This document shows, in pieces, positions 52,427 through 61,514 of a stretch of DNA of 64,000 bases (position 1 is its first letter; each line of letters opens with the position of its first letter). Source of the stretch: Aquificaceae bacterium (GTDB lineage: Bacteria; Aquificota; Aquificia; Aquificales; Aquificaceae); assembly GCA_041640635.1 (NCBI GenBank), contig JBEPZX010000002.1, forward strand, positions 1 through 64,000, in the 5' to 3' direction. The notes below the pieces were generated by a model that was given only the letters and a program-made list of their open reading frames with translations, did no database searches and was not told the origin of the DNA. The position numbers were made by a program, and so were the translations under genes.

Positions 52427-52609
52427 ATGTACGATTTGAAAATTCTCGTAAATGGTAAAGAAATTAGATTAAAGGATTTTCCCAAAAAAGTTGCATACAA
52501 TATAATAGTGGGATACATTAATAGCTTGAATTTGGAGGAATCACCTCGAGAAATAAGTATAAATGTTAAAGTCCAAGAAAATAGTTCAAGTTCTCACCTT
52601 TCAGGTTGA
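52427..52609 (+). CDS. Small hypothetical protein (60 aa)
   Basis: MYDLKILVNGKEIRLKDFPKKVAYNIIVGYINSL...; ATG 6 nt after TATAAT; protein-like beta-alpha-beta pattern. Confidence 0.65.
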   Translation: MYDLKILVNGKEIRLKDFPKKVAYNIIVGYINSLNLEESPREISINVKVQENSSSSHLSG

Positions 52610-53519
52610 AGAAGAAAAACGCTTAGATACCTTTTTAGCAAGTGCCTACCCTGAGTTTTCAAGAAGTTACATACAAACGATAATACATGAAGGATACGTT
52701 TACGTAGACTCTAAGGAAGTAGTAAAACCATCAAAAAAAGTAAAGCCAGGTCAAGAAGTCACGCTCTATGTGCCAGAACCAGAACCTATTCAAGTGGAAC
52801 CAGAGAACATACCTTTGGAAATAGTTTACGAAGACGAAGATATACTTTTGCTTATAAAACCTTGCGGTTTGGTAGTTCATCCTTCTCCGGGTTATACAAG
52901 TGGTACTCTTGTAAATGCTCTTTTATATCACATAAAGACCTTGTCTTCTATTGGAGGATATGAAAGACCAGGAATAGTTCACAGGTTGGACAAAACTACG
53001 GCAGGGCTTATGGTGGTTGCTAAAAGGGATTTAGCTCACAGAAAGTTGGCAGAGGGTTTTAAAGAAAGAAAAGTTCTAAAGTTCTATAAGGCTTTGGTAA
53101 ACGGCATTCCCAAACAGGATTACGGTATTATAGAAGCCTCCATTCAAAGGCACAAAAAGGAAAGAACAAAGTTTACAGTATCTGAGGATGGAAGGTATGC
53201 AAAAACCGAGTTTTGGCTGGATAAAACCTTTCCACGCTTGAATGTATCGCTTTTAAACATAAGAATACACACAGGTAGAACACACCAAATAAGGGTTCAT
53301 TTGTCTTCCATAGGACATCCTATACTAGGTGACAAAACTTATGGATTTAAGCCGTCTTCTTTACCAAAAGATTTGGTTAGCTTAATAGGTGAGTGTAATA
53401 TGTTAATTAGCTACAGACTTGGATTTAAACACCCTACAAAAGGAAACTTTATGGATTTTACTATAGATTATCCAGAGCCCTTTAAAAGTGTGCTGTCCTA
53501 CTTGGAAAAGCTAGGTTAA
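52563..53519 (+). CDS. rluD: RluA/RluD family pseudouridine synthase
   Basis: S4 domain RLD.FL, KP.GLVVHP, HRLDKTT.GL, TGRTHQIRVH, GD..YG. Confidence 0.9.
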   Translation: MLKSKKIVQVLTFQVEEEKRLDTFLASAYPEFSRSYIQTIIHEGYVYVDSKEVVKPSKKVKPGQEVTLYVPEPEPIQVEPENIPLEIVYEDEDILLLIKPCGLVVHPSPGYTSGTLVNALLYHIKTLSSIGGYERPGIVHRLDKTTAGLMVVAKRDLAHRKLAEGFKERKVLKFYKALVNGIPKQDYGIIEASIQRHKKERTKFTVSEDGRYAKTEFWLDKTFPRLNVSLLNIRIHTGRTHQIRVHLSSIGHPILGDKTYGFKPSSLPKDLVSLIGECNMLISYRLGFKHPTKGNFMDFTIDYPEPFKSVLSYLEKLG

Positions 53520-53787
53520 AAGCGAATCACCTTACCAGACTCTGAATCTACTATCACAGATCCGCTTTCACATTTCACGTAGTAACACTTGTTACTCCTT
53601 TTGTTAAACTCAGACTTTGCGGAATAGACTTCACCTATATGTTGTCTAGCTATCTTTATAGCTTCCTCTATCTTTATATTGGCTTTACATGGTGTGTGAT
53701 GTGCCTTTGGATATTCATAACGATGTTCGTAGTATTTCATAGTGAAATAGCCAATGAAATAAAAATGGCTCCCCAAACTCCTCTCAT
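53516..53787 (-). pseudogene. PepSY-like exported small protein, apparently frameshifted
   Basis: ATG 53787 gives signal peptide MRGVWGAIFISLAISL* (stop 53739-53737); PepSY body (CKANIKIEEAIKIARQHIGEVY...VDSESGKVIRF) is in another frame. Confidence 0.6.
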
Positions 53788-53809
53788 AACCTGTTTTCTT
53801 TTTGCGGTT

Positions 53810-54061
53810 TTAATTTTTCGATCTATAAAACCTTACCAGTTTTCCGGAAGTTGAATCTATTGTAGCTGTGCCTTCTTTGCCTCTAACGTGATAAAAGCAC
53901 TCCCCTGTCTTTTTTGCCCTGCTTAGTCTTATGGTATAGACTTCACCAACATACTGTTTAGCCGCCTGCAAAGCACGCTCCACTCCTATGGTATTTTGGC
54001 ATTCTTCATAGGAAAAAGACAGAAAAACCCAGCTAAGAATTCCTAATATAACTTTCCCCAT
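53810..54061 (-). CDS. PepSY-domain exported small protein
   Basis: Signal peptide; IGVERALQAAKQYVGEVY...IDSTSGKLV pattern; SD GGAG. Confidence 0.75.
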   Translation of the reverse strand: MGKVILGILSWVFLSFSYEECQNTIGVERALQAAKQYVGEVYTIRLSRAKKTGECFYHVRGKEGTATIDSTSGKLVRFYRSKN

Positions 54062-54096
54062 TTCTATCTCCCTTAATAGTTTATTTTTCTATCATT

Positions 54097-54909
54097 TTAA
54101 TACAACTTATATGCAACTGGTAATACTACATACACCTTGACAGGAGGTTTTGGAAAAAGGTAACATGTTCTTTTAATAGTTTCTAATGCATTTTTATCTA
54201 AAATCTCGTATCCACTAGACTCTACTATCTTAACATCCTCTAAGGATCCGTCTTCTTTTAGCATTATACCAAGCAAAACTTTACCTTCCCATCCCATTTT
54301 TCTTGCTATATGCGGGTAGGTTATGTTTTTTTGGACTATGGAAGAAATAACCGCCAGCTTTTCTTTTATGTAGAGTTCTCTTTCTGATAGAGTTTGCTCG
54401 TTTCCTTTGTGAGCTATAGTTTTATGCGAGGCATCAGTGGTAGATTGAGAAAGGTTCGTTTTCCCTTCCTTATCGTTGGATGTGGGTTGGCTGGTAATGG
54501 TCGGCAAAGGCGTAGACTTTTGGACCAAGTGTTCCCCAGAAAGTGAAGTGCTTGGCTTTGGCTCGGTTTGTAGGCGTTCATCTGCGGTAGTAAGGGTTTT
54601 TGAGTTTTCTGTTTTCTCTTCCTTTGTTTGTTCCAAAGATGCACTTTGACGTAGAGACTGAGTTTTTAACTCTTCTGTGTTTGCGTTTTTATAAATTCTT
54701 TCTTGATATGTTTTATGAGCTGAAAAATCCCTTTCATCTGGGATTTTTCTTTTTTCTTCTATCCTTTCGTAAGCTTCAAAAAAACTGAGGTCTATCTCCA
54801 AAACTTCCTCTTTCATGTCTACCAACGGTTTAAACACAAACAAGAAAATTAAAAAAAGCGTAAGGTGGATTAGAAGGGACAAACCAAAGGATGTGGACCT
54901 TGCGTTCAT
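54097..54909 (-). CDS. tonB: Energy transducer TonB
   Basis: TM SLLIH, charged linker, YP.IARKMGWEGKV...SSGY.ILD..AL. Confidence 0.92.
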   Translation of the reverse strand: MNARSTSFGLSLLIHLTLFLIFLFVFKPLVDMKEEVLEIDLSFFEAYERIEEKRKIPDERDFSAHKTYQERIYKNANTEELKTQSLRQSASLEQTKEEKTENSKTLTTADERLQTEPKPSTSLSGEHLVQKSTPLPTITSQPTSNDKEGKTNLSQSTTDASHKTIAHKGNEQTLSERELYIKEKLAVISSIVQKNITYPHIARKMGWEGKVLLGIMLKEDGSLEDVKIVESSGYEILDKNALETIKRTCYLFPKPPVKVYVVLPVAYKLY

Positions 54910-55286
54910 CTTACCACCTGTGTCCTTATGAAAACTTTTTGAAACTTGAGCTTTTTCAAAAGATCGAGCGTATCTACAAGAACCTGAACCCTTGCATCCT
55001 TATCCGCATACAAGCTTATGTTGGCTTCTCTGCTTATGTTGCCCAGTATCTTCTCCAGATCCTCTAAGCTTACAATCTTTCCCTCAAACATAATTAAACC
55101 TTCCTTACTTAAAGCGATGTTGTAACTTTGGATAGTTCCTTGATCCGAGCTTTTACTTTGTGGAAGTTTTACAGGTATAGAGCCTTGTACTACAAAAGTG
55201 GCTGTTATCAATACTATGGTCAAAAGCACCAGCATTATATCCACAAGAGGTATAACGTTGATGGAACTAAACTCTTTATCTTCCAT
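54906..55286 (-). CDS. exbD: Biopolymer transport protein ExbD
   Basis: INVIPLVDIMLVLL, V.LP, ADK. Confidence 0.93.
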   Translation of the reverse strand: MEDKEFSSINVIPLVDIMLVLLTIVLITATFVVQGSIPVKLPQSKSSDQGTIQSYNIALSKEGLIMFEGKIVSLEDLEKILGNISREANISLYADKDARVQVLVDTLDLLKKLKFQKVFIRTQVVR

Positions 55287-55701
55287 TCTTTGCCTCCCAA
55301 AGAAGCAAAAACTCCTTAACTTTCCTTATCAGGTAGTTGTAAAAAAGGGTAGAAGGTATAGCCACGAGCAAACCTATAGCGGTAGCCTTTAAAGCTAAAG
55401 CGAGTCCAACCATTATTTTTTTTGTGTCCACTATACCTTCGGTCCCTATGGTATAAAAGGTCAGAAGTATACCCAATACCGTTCCCAAGAGACCTATGTA
55501 TGGCGCATTGGAAGCAACCGAAGCAATCCAAACAAGACCTTTGCTTAAATCTATTTCCAACTCCTGTTTTGTTTTGTATTTGGATACATCCACTTTTTTG
55601 TAGTAAAGGATTCTCTCCAATGCTATACCCGTCGATAGCACACTTGCAAGAACCAATACCCCTATCACACCGTAATCTACGATAGTTGTTATTACGTTCA
55701 T
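55276..55701 (-). CDS. exbB: Biopolymer transport protein ExbB
   Basis: NAPYIGLLGTVLGI, ALKATAIGLLVAIP. Confidence 0.93.
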   Translation of the reverse strand: MNVITTIVDYGVIGVLVLASVLSTGIALERILYYKKVDVSKYKTKQELEIDLSKGLVWIASVASNAPYIGLLGTVLGILLTFYTIGTEGIVDTKKIMVGLALALKATAIGLLVAIPSTLFYNYLIRKVKEFLLLWEAKNGR

Positions 55702-55724
55702 ATTAATACCATTTTAACTTTAAA

Positions 55725-57146
55725 TTAATGATGATGTACATGCATGTGCGGTGGGAACAGAATCATTACAACAAGTGCAAACAAACTAAGCAGTAAGTAA
55801 ACTACCGGTAAGGCGGAAGCAAGAGTATACACCTTTACCCTGTTTTCCTGACTTAAGAGTTTTACTCTGTGCCACAGTATATGAAGACTCCAAAATCCAG
55901 CTATGAAGGGAAATACCCTAAAGATCATAAGCCACTTGTCTCCCCTTTTGGCTAAAGGTTCTACATAAACTCCCAAACCAAAGGCTTGGGGAAAACCATT
56001 AACTATGTTGTGATAGTACTCTATAAAGAAAAACTCCAGCACGTGAGAGAGTCCACCCACAATCATAAGCGGTGCAAAGGCATAGCCAAGCGTTAGCAAA
56101 ACCCTGTTAAAGTCCACTTTAATGATATTAGCGATAGCTTTAAACGTTACAAAAACTATAAAAAGCACCAAAGCTGTAGCCATTAGCATAGCAACCAATC
56201 CAGAAACGTCTATCCATTTGGGAAGACCCAAGCTTGAAGAGACACCTTTTCCTATAACAATCCAAGGCATATACTCACCTATACCTGATCTGGAAAGACC
56301 GTGATGAAATCTCATCGTAAAGGTTATAACAGCCACAAGTAGTATGTAAACCCAAACTTCTATGGCTTTTGGTTGCTTTATGAGTTTGTAAAGACTGCTA
56401 CCAAAACCCCTGTATTCCAACTTTACGGAAGGGCATGCATTAGCACACTCCATACACAAGGTGCATCCAAACATGGAGTTTTTCTCATCAAACTTGGAAG
56501 GGTTCAATTTGTAGGGACAAGCCAAGGCGCAAACAGGTTTTTTACACTCTTTGCAGTCTTCCTGATATGTGGAGAGCCATAAGGCACCTGTGCGAGCAAA
56601 GGAGGGATTCACACTACCTATGGGGCATACATACTTGCAGTATGCCATATCTCTAAAAAGGAAAAAGAAGACAAAAGCTACAAAAGTAAAGGTGAAAAAG
56701 AAAAGGGCTGTTACCCAAGGTGTTCTCAAAAGGTTAGGGAAGGTGTAGAGCAAAAACCAGTAAGCCAGTATGTTTGTCCCTATTAAGCCTATGTATGGGT
56801 TTGCAAGCCATTTAGGCATACGCAGTTTAAATCCATACCTTGTCAGGTACTTACCTACAAATCCGTGGGGACAAACCATGCAGAAGACGTTTCCCAAAGT
56901 AGGTAGCGTGATTACCATAAAAAAGGGCCAAAAGATAGACCAAAAAACTGCATTGGTAAAGATGTTGTCCTTTCCTGGGTTTAAAAAGCCGTAGACTATG
57001 GCGTAAATTAGGAGAAGTAGCGTAAAAAGCCTATAAAAGGTGAGCATATACTTGTTCTTGAATAAAAAACCCAAAATAGGTATTCCAAATATGTCCCTTT
57101 TGTCCCTCCTTTTTGTAAGCTGTAAGTTAACCCTCTGCACACTCAT
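55725..57146 (-). CDS. Membrane polyferredoxin (NapH/FixG/NosR-type 4Fe-4S binding protein)
   Basis: FCMVCPHG, YCKYVCPIG, CKECKKPVCALACP, CTLCMECANACP; many TM segments; C-terminal HMHVHHH. Confidence 0.85.
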   Translation of the reverse strand: MSVQRVNLQLTKRRDKRDIFGIPILGFLFKNKYMLTFYRLFTLLLLIYAIVYGFLNPGKDNIFTNAVFWSIFWPFFMVITLPTLGNVFCMVCPHGFVGKYLTRYGFKLRMPKWLANPYIGLIGTNILAYWFLLYTFPNLLRTPWVTALFFFTFTFVAFVFFFLFRDMAYCKYVCPIGSVNPSFARTGALWLSTYQEDCKECKKPVCALACPYKLNPSKFDEKNSMFGCTLCMECANACPSVKLEYRGFGSSLYKLIKQPKAIEVWVYILLVAVITFTMRFHHGLSRSGIGEYMPWIVIGKGVSSSLGLPKWIDVSGLVAMLMATALVLFIVFVTFKAIANIIKVDFNRVLLTLGYAFAPLMIVGGLSHVLEFFFIEYYHNIVNGFPQAFGLGVYVEPLAKRGDKWLMIFRVFPFIAGFWSLHILWHRVKLLSQENRVKVYTLASALPVVYLLLSLFALVVMILFPPHMHVHHH

Positions 57147-57159
57147 GGCTTAACCTCCT

Positions 57160-59271
57160 TTAAAAGTTGTAAGACAACTTAACAAGCACACTTCTTGGAG
57201 TTGCTGGTCTGTATCTTTTTACTCCGTCGGTATCCTTTGTAACTTCGATGGCATATCGTTTATCAAACAGGTTATCTACACTAACGCTCAAATCCCAATT
57301 TTTCTTTTCATAGCCTACACTTAGGTTTGTAAGAAACTGGTAGCCTTGATACTTTTCCGTGTTTGCATTGTCCATGTAATAGCTACCCCATGTATTAAAA
57401 TCAAGGGAAGCTCTTATACCCGTAGAATGTTTTACCTTGGCAAATAAAGAATACTGGTGCATAGGCACGTAGGGAAGTCTGTTGCCATCTCTGGACACTG
57501 TTATAGTTGTATTTCCAACTCTAACTGGTTCGCTGAATTTCTTAAACTTGTAATCTGAATACGCATAAGTTAAACCTATGCTGAGCCAATCTAAAAGGGC
57601 GTAAGAAGTGGACAGCTCAAAACCTTTTTTGTCCGTCTTACCTGCGTTCACAAAATTTGTTTTTCCACCTGCCTCCACAACCCTGACTACTTCCTTCTCA
57701 ACAGGCATATAGTAGAGGGCTAAATCGAGATAGAGCTTTTGAGTCCTTGCCTTCATTCCCACTTCGTAGTTGTAAACTCTTGAAAGATCCAAATTGGGGT
57801 TTGTTTGAATTTCACCGGAAGCTGGAGTTTGCCCCGCCGTAGAGTATGAAGCGTACAAGCTTAACCAATCAAAGGCTTTATATGTTATACCTACACGTGG
57901 ACTGATAAAGTTGTAGTCCTTGTCAATGGAGTAGATACAGTTTGATGTGCAATTTTCATATTTACCTGTTGAAAAGTTATAGTCGCTCCACTTTTGACCA
58001 CTTATATCAAAGGTTACCCTATCGTATCTTACTCCTAGGTCTATAATGAAGCTTTTCAAGTTTATGGACTCTTGAATAAAAACACCATATAGGTTAGTAT
58101 CTTGCTTTTGAATTTCCGATAAATCCCCTGCTCTGTCAGAGAGTGTTGCTATAATCCTTCCTGCTTGTGGACCATTTTGGATGGTTTGAACTTCTGCATA
58201 CTTATAGTACTTAGTTTTTTGATCGTTTGATCTGAAACTCAAACCAGTTATTAGTATTCCAAAGGATTGCTTGTAGTTGAGCTGTATGTCCGTTCCGTAA
58301 ACTTTAGTATCTGCATCGTTTATACGACCCGTAACTGGGTGGTAATGGGACCATTTGTTTATGTATACAAGAGGCGCAAGTTCCAGTTTCTCACTGATTG
58401 TTTTGTTAAGCTTAGAGCTAAAGAAAAGTATCTCTGAGTATCTCCCCATATGTTTCCAAGGATCAGCGGTAACTTCTACAGTGCCAGTTTCTTTGTATGT
58501 CTTCCACTGGTCTATTCCTCTTGCAGGGTTCACCACCAAGGGACCTGGGAGTTGCAAATCCGCTTTTGTGTAGCTAATGTAGTTTTCCCATACATCTCCA
58601 TTGGAAAATAGGTAAGCAGGCTGGAGTGTAAACTGGGTAGTTTTAAACTCGTTCCAATGTCTCCAAGAGTTGTCTGTCTGCCTTCTGCTTGCATTAAAAC
58701 CCAGATACCAACCAGAAGAACCTATAGGTGTAGAGTAGTAGGCGTTTAGTATGTAAGTGCTGTAGTCTCCTACTCCAAACCTTAGCTGTCCGCCTTTTCT
58801 TTCTATAGGGCTTTTAGTGATGACATTTACGACACCACCGCTTGCGTTTATACCCCACATGGTGGAATTGGGACCTTTTACCACCTCCACCTGTTTTATT
58901 AGGTAAGTGTCAACAAAGTCAAGCCTTGTAAGAGAATCTGGATCCGTTATAGGCACTCCGTTTAACAAAACCATTATTTCCCTTATCCCAAAAGGAGCTT
59001 TCAGACCACCACCTCTGATAATGAGTCGTGTATCGTACCCCATATTTCGTGATGTTACATTAACCCCAGGTATACCTTGCAAAGCCTCATACAACCCTAT
59101 CATAGCCTTGTCTTTAATTTTTTCTTCACTTATCACGCTTACACCCGCAGGTGTGTCCTTTACCTCCCTTTCCACCCTTGTAGCGGTCACGCTCACCTCT
59201 TCGAGCTTGACTTCTTGAGCGTGCGACAAAGAAAAAGCAAATAAAGCTGACATTAAAAACCTTTTTTGCAT
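57160..59271 (-). CDS. TonB-dependent outer membrane receptor
   Basis: Signal peptide, TonB box EEVSVTA, plug IRG...NGVP...VEVVKGP...GGVVNVIT, DNLFDK.Y, terminal F; start taken at ATG 59271. Confidence 0.95.
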   Translation of the reverse strand: MQKRFLMSALFAFSLSHAQEVKLEEVSVTATRVEREVKDTPAGVSVISEEKIKDKAMIGLYEALQGIPGVNVTSRNMGYDTRLIIRGGGLKAPFGIREIMVLLNGVPITDPDSLTRLDFVDTYLIKQVEVVKGPNSTMWGINASGGVVNVITKSPIERKGGQLRFGVGDYSTYILNAYYSTPIGSSGWYLGFNASRRQTDNSWRHWNEFKTTQFTLQPAYLFSNGDVWENYISYTKADLQLPGPLVVNPARGIDQWKTYKETGTVEVTADPWKHMGRYSEILFFSSKLNKTISEKLELAPLVYINKWSHYHPVTGRINDADTKVYGTDIQLNYKQSFGILITGLSFRSNDQKTKYYKYAEVQTIQNGPQAGRIIATLSDRAGDLSEIQKQDTNLYGVFIQESINLKSFIIDLGVRYDRVTFDISGQKWSDYNFSTGKYENCTSNCIYSIDKDYNFISPRVGITYKAFDWLSLYASYSTAGQTPASGEIQTNPNLDLSRVYNYEVGMKARTQKLYLDLALYYMPVEKEVVRVVEAGGKTNFVNAGKTDKKGFELSTSYALLDWLSIGLTYAYSDYKFKKFSEPVRVGNTTITVSRDGNRLPYVPMHQYSLFAKVKHSTGIRASLDFNTWGSYYMDNANTEKYQGYQFLTNLSVGYEKKNWDLSVSVDNLFDKRYAIEVTKDTDGVKRYRPATPRSVLVKLSYNF

Positions 59272-59391
59272 ACACACCTTCTGTTAAATTACTAGAGAAT
59301 ATCAAACTATTTTAACATAAAAATAAACAATAAAATAAACTAAAATTAACATAAAGCTGTAAGCTTCTCTGCCTTATAATTTCTCCTTACC

Positions 59392-60525
59392 ATGTACCTA
59401 ATGAACACTTACAAAAGGCTTCCCGTAAGCTTTGTAAGAGGAGAAGGCGTGTATCTTTTTGATGAGAAAGGTAAAAAGTATTTGGATATGGTGGCAGGGA
59501 TAGCTGTGAATGCTTTGGGCTACAATCATCCAAAGCTGGTAGAAACCTTATGTGAGCAATCAAAGAAACTCATGCACGTGTCTAATCTCTTTGAGAATCC
59601 ATGGCAAGAGGAAGTGGCAAAGCTATTGGTTGAGCACTTTCACGACAAAGATGGAAAAGTGTTTTTTTGCAACAGTGGAGCAGAAGCCAACGAAGCAGCC
59701 ATAAAGCTCACAAGAAAGTATTTCAAAAGTGTAGGAGAAAAACAAAGATACAGAATAATAACTTTCTATAAAGGTTTTCACGGCAGGACTTACGGCAGCA
59801 TGTCAGCTACGGCTCAGGAAAAAATCCATCTTGGTTTTGAACCTCTGCTGGATGGCTTTGATTACGCAACTTTGAACGATTTTGAGTCTGTGCTCAAACA
59901 ACTAAACAAAAACACCGCAGGCATTATGCTAGAGGTTATACAAGGAGAAGGTGGGATAAACGAAGCACAGGTGGAGTTTTTGCATAAAGTTTACGAACTT
60001 TGCAAAAAAGAAGGGCTTCTTTTGATAGTGGATGAGGTGCAAACAGGTATTGGCAGAACGGGAAGCTTTTACGCCCACCAACACTTTGGAATCAAGCCTG
60101 ATATTGTAACACTGGCAAAAGGTTTAGGAGGAGGTTTCCCAATAGGAGCTGTAGTAGCTACGGATGAAGTGTCCAAAGCCTTTGCACCTGGGAGTCATGG
60201 ATCCACCTTTGGAGGAAACCCTTTGGCTTGTGCATGCGCAAAGGTAGTTATAGAAGAAGTTAAAAAATTACTACCACAGATAATAGAGGTAGGAACTTAC
60301 TTCAAGAAAAGACTCAAAGAGCTTGGTAAGGTTAAAGGTATAGGGTTAATGTTAGGTTTAGACATAGGAAAGGACTGTCAAGAGGTAGTTTTAAAAGCAT
60401 TAGACAAAGGTCTCATAATTAACTGCACAGCCCAAAGCGTTATAAGGTTGGTGCCTCCACTAATTATTCAGAAAGAGCATGTGGATGAGTGTGTGAGTAT
60501 TTTGAAAAAGATAGTAAATTGGTAA
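59392..60525 (+). CDS. argD: Acetylornithine aminotransferase
   Basis: GIAVNALG, NSGAEANE, FHGRT, QGEGG, DEVQTG, AKGLGGG, HGSTFGGNP. Confidence 0.93.
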   Translation: MYLMNTYKRLPVSFVRGEGVYLFDEKGKKYLDMVAGIAVNALGYNHPKLVETLCEQSKKLMHVSNLFENPWQEEVAKLLVEHFHDKDGKVFFCNSGAEANEAAIKLTRKYFKSVGEKQRYRIITFYKGFHGRTYGSMSATAQEKIHLGFEPLLDGFDYATLNDFESVLKQLNKNTAGIMLEVIQGEGGINEAQVEFLHKVYELCKKEGLLLIVDEVQTGIGRTGSFYAHQHFGIKPDIVTLAKGLGGGFPIGAVVATDEVSKAFAPGSHGSTFGGNPLACACAKVVIEEVKKLLPQIIEVGTYFKKRLKELGKVKGIGLMLGLDIGKDCQEVVLKALDKGLIINCTAQSVIRLVPPLIIQKEHVDECVSILKKIVNW

Positions 60526-60792
60526 AGCTGGGCTATAAATTTTCCTACGTGTTTGAAGCTACAAGGTGCACCAAGGAAGGTGGATCAAAAAGTTGAGCTC
60601 TGTGTATTGGCAGTTACCAATGAGGTGCTCAAAAGTAGCTCCATCATGTCCGCAAAGAGTAATGATAGAGCAAATTTTTTAACTTTTTTTACCCGGTGTG
60701 GGTGCCCAAAGCCATATCCACAGAGCTATAGCCATGTATGCCTCGTAAATTTGAGCGCAGGACACCAGGTTATTTCTCCCATCTATCAAAAA

Positions 60793-60838
60793 TTGACAAA
60801 TCATTCATTGCGTAATATAATTTTTAAAAAAGTATTAC
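60793..60838 (+). promoter_or_regulatory. Consensus sigma70 promoter overlapped by putative NikR operator
   Basis: TTGACA 60793-60798, 17 bp, TATAAT 60816-60821; inverted repeat GTAATA-N15-TATTAC 60812-60838; nikR is in the downstream operon. Confidence 0.8.
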
Positions 60839-60850
60839 TCAAGGTGAGCA

Positions 60851-61513
60851 ATGAAGAGAAGCTTACTCTTTGGAGTTGCGTTGATGATTTTTAGCATCCA
60901 AAGCCTTGCTCACGAAATGTGGGCTGAAAAGGAAGGTAGCGTGTATAGACTCTACTACGGGCACAGAGGGAAAGATGCAAAAGGTCTCCATATAAGCAAG
61001 ATAAAGAAAGCTGTATGCGTAGAAAATGGCAAACCAAGAGAGGCAAAAGTAAGCAAAGATAATCAAGGGGTGTTTATAGAAGGTCCGTGCGAAGCTATAG
61101 GTGTCGAATACTATTGGGGCTACTTTTCACAAACACCCGATGGAGAGGTGAACAAACCAAAGGATGAGGTCTCTAACTCAATAAAATCGTGGGAATCTGT
61201 CGCTTACTTAAAATGCCTTTACGAATATAAAAGCCCGGCAGTATTAGGTCATCCTTTGGAAATCCTTCCACTATCTGCACCTCAAGCAGGAAAGAAGTTA
61301 GAGATTCAGGTTTTGTACAACGGCGCTCCCTCTAAGGATGCCTTTTTGTCTGTAGATCACAGAAAAGTTGGAAATCCTGACGAAAACGGCAAAGCAAGAA
61401 TCAATCTCAAAAAGGGTTTAAACGTGATAGGTGCAAGTTTAAAAGTTCCCGGTGATGGCAAGAGATCGGACTTCAAGGTTTTAGAGTCATACCTTTGTTT
61501 GGAGGTTCCTTAG
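60851..61513 (+). CDS. DUF4198-like periplasmic nickel/cobalt uptake accessory protein
   Basis: Signal peptide then HEMW; YGH, LEILP...QVLYNG.P...D.NG.A pattern. Confidence 0.75.
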   Translation: MKRSLLFGVALMIFSIQSLAHEMWAEKEGSVYRLYYGHRGKDAKGLHISKIKKAVCVENGKPREAKVSKDNQGVFIEGPCEAIGVEYYWGYFSQTPDGEVNKPKDEVSNSIKSWESVAYLKCLYEYKSPAVLGHPLEILPLSAPQAGKKLEIQVLYNGAPSKDAFLSVDHRKVGNPDENGKARINLKKGLNVIGASLKVPGDGKRSDFKVLESYLCLEVP

Positions 61514-61514
61514 C

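Noticed and set aside
60553..60894. 113-aa ORF between argD and the nickel operon
   Set aside because: TTG start without SD, no recognisable motif, and it runs through the promoter/operator; the 60530-60790 stretch could be a remnant but I could not identify it
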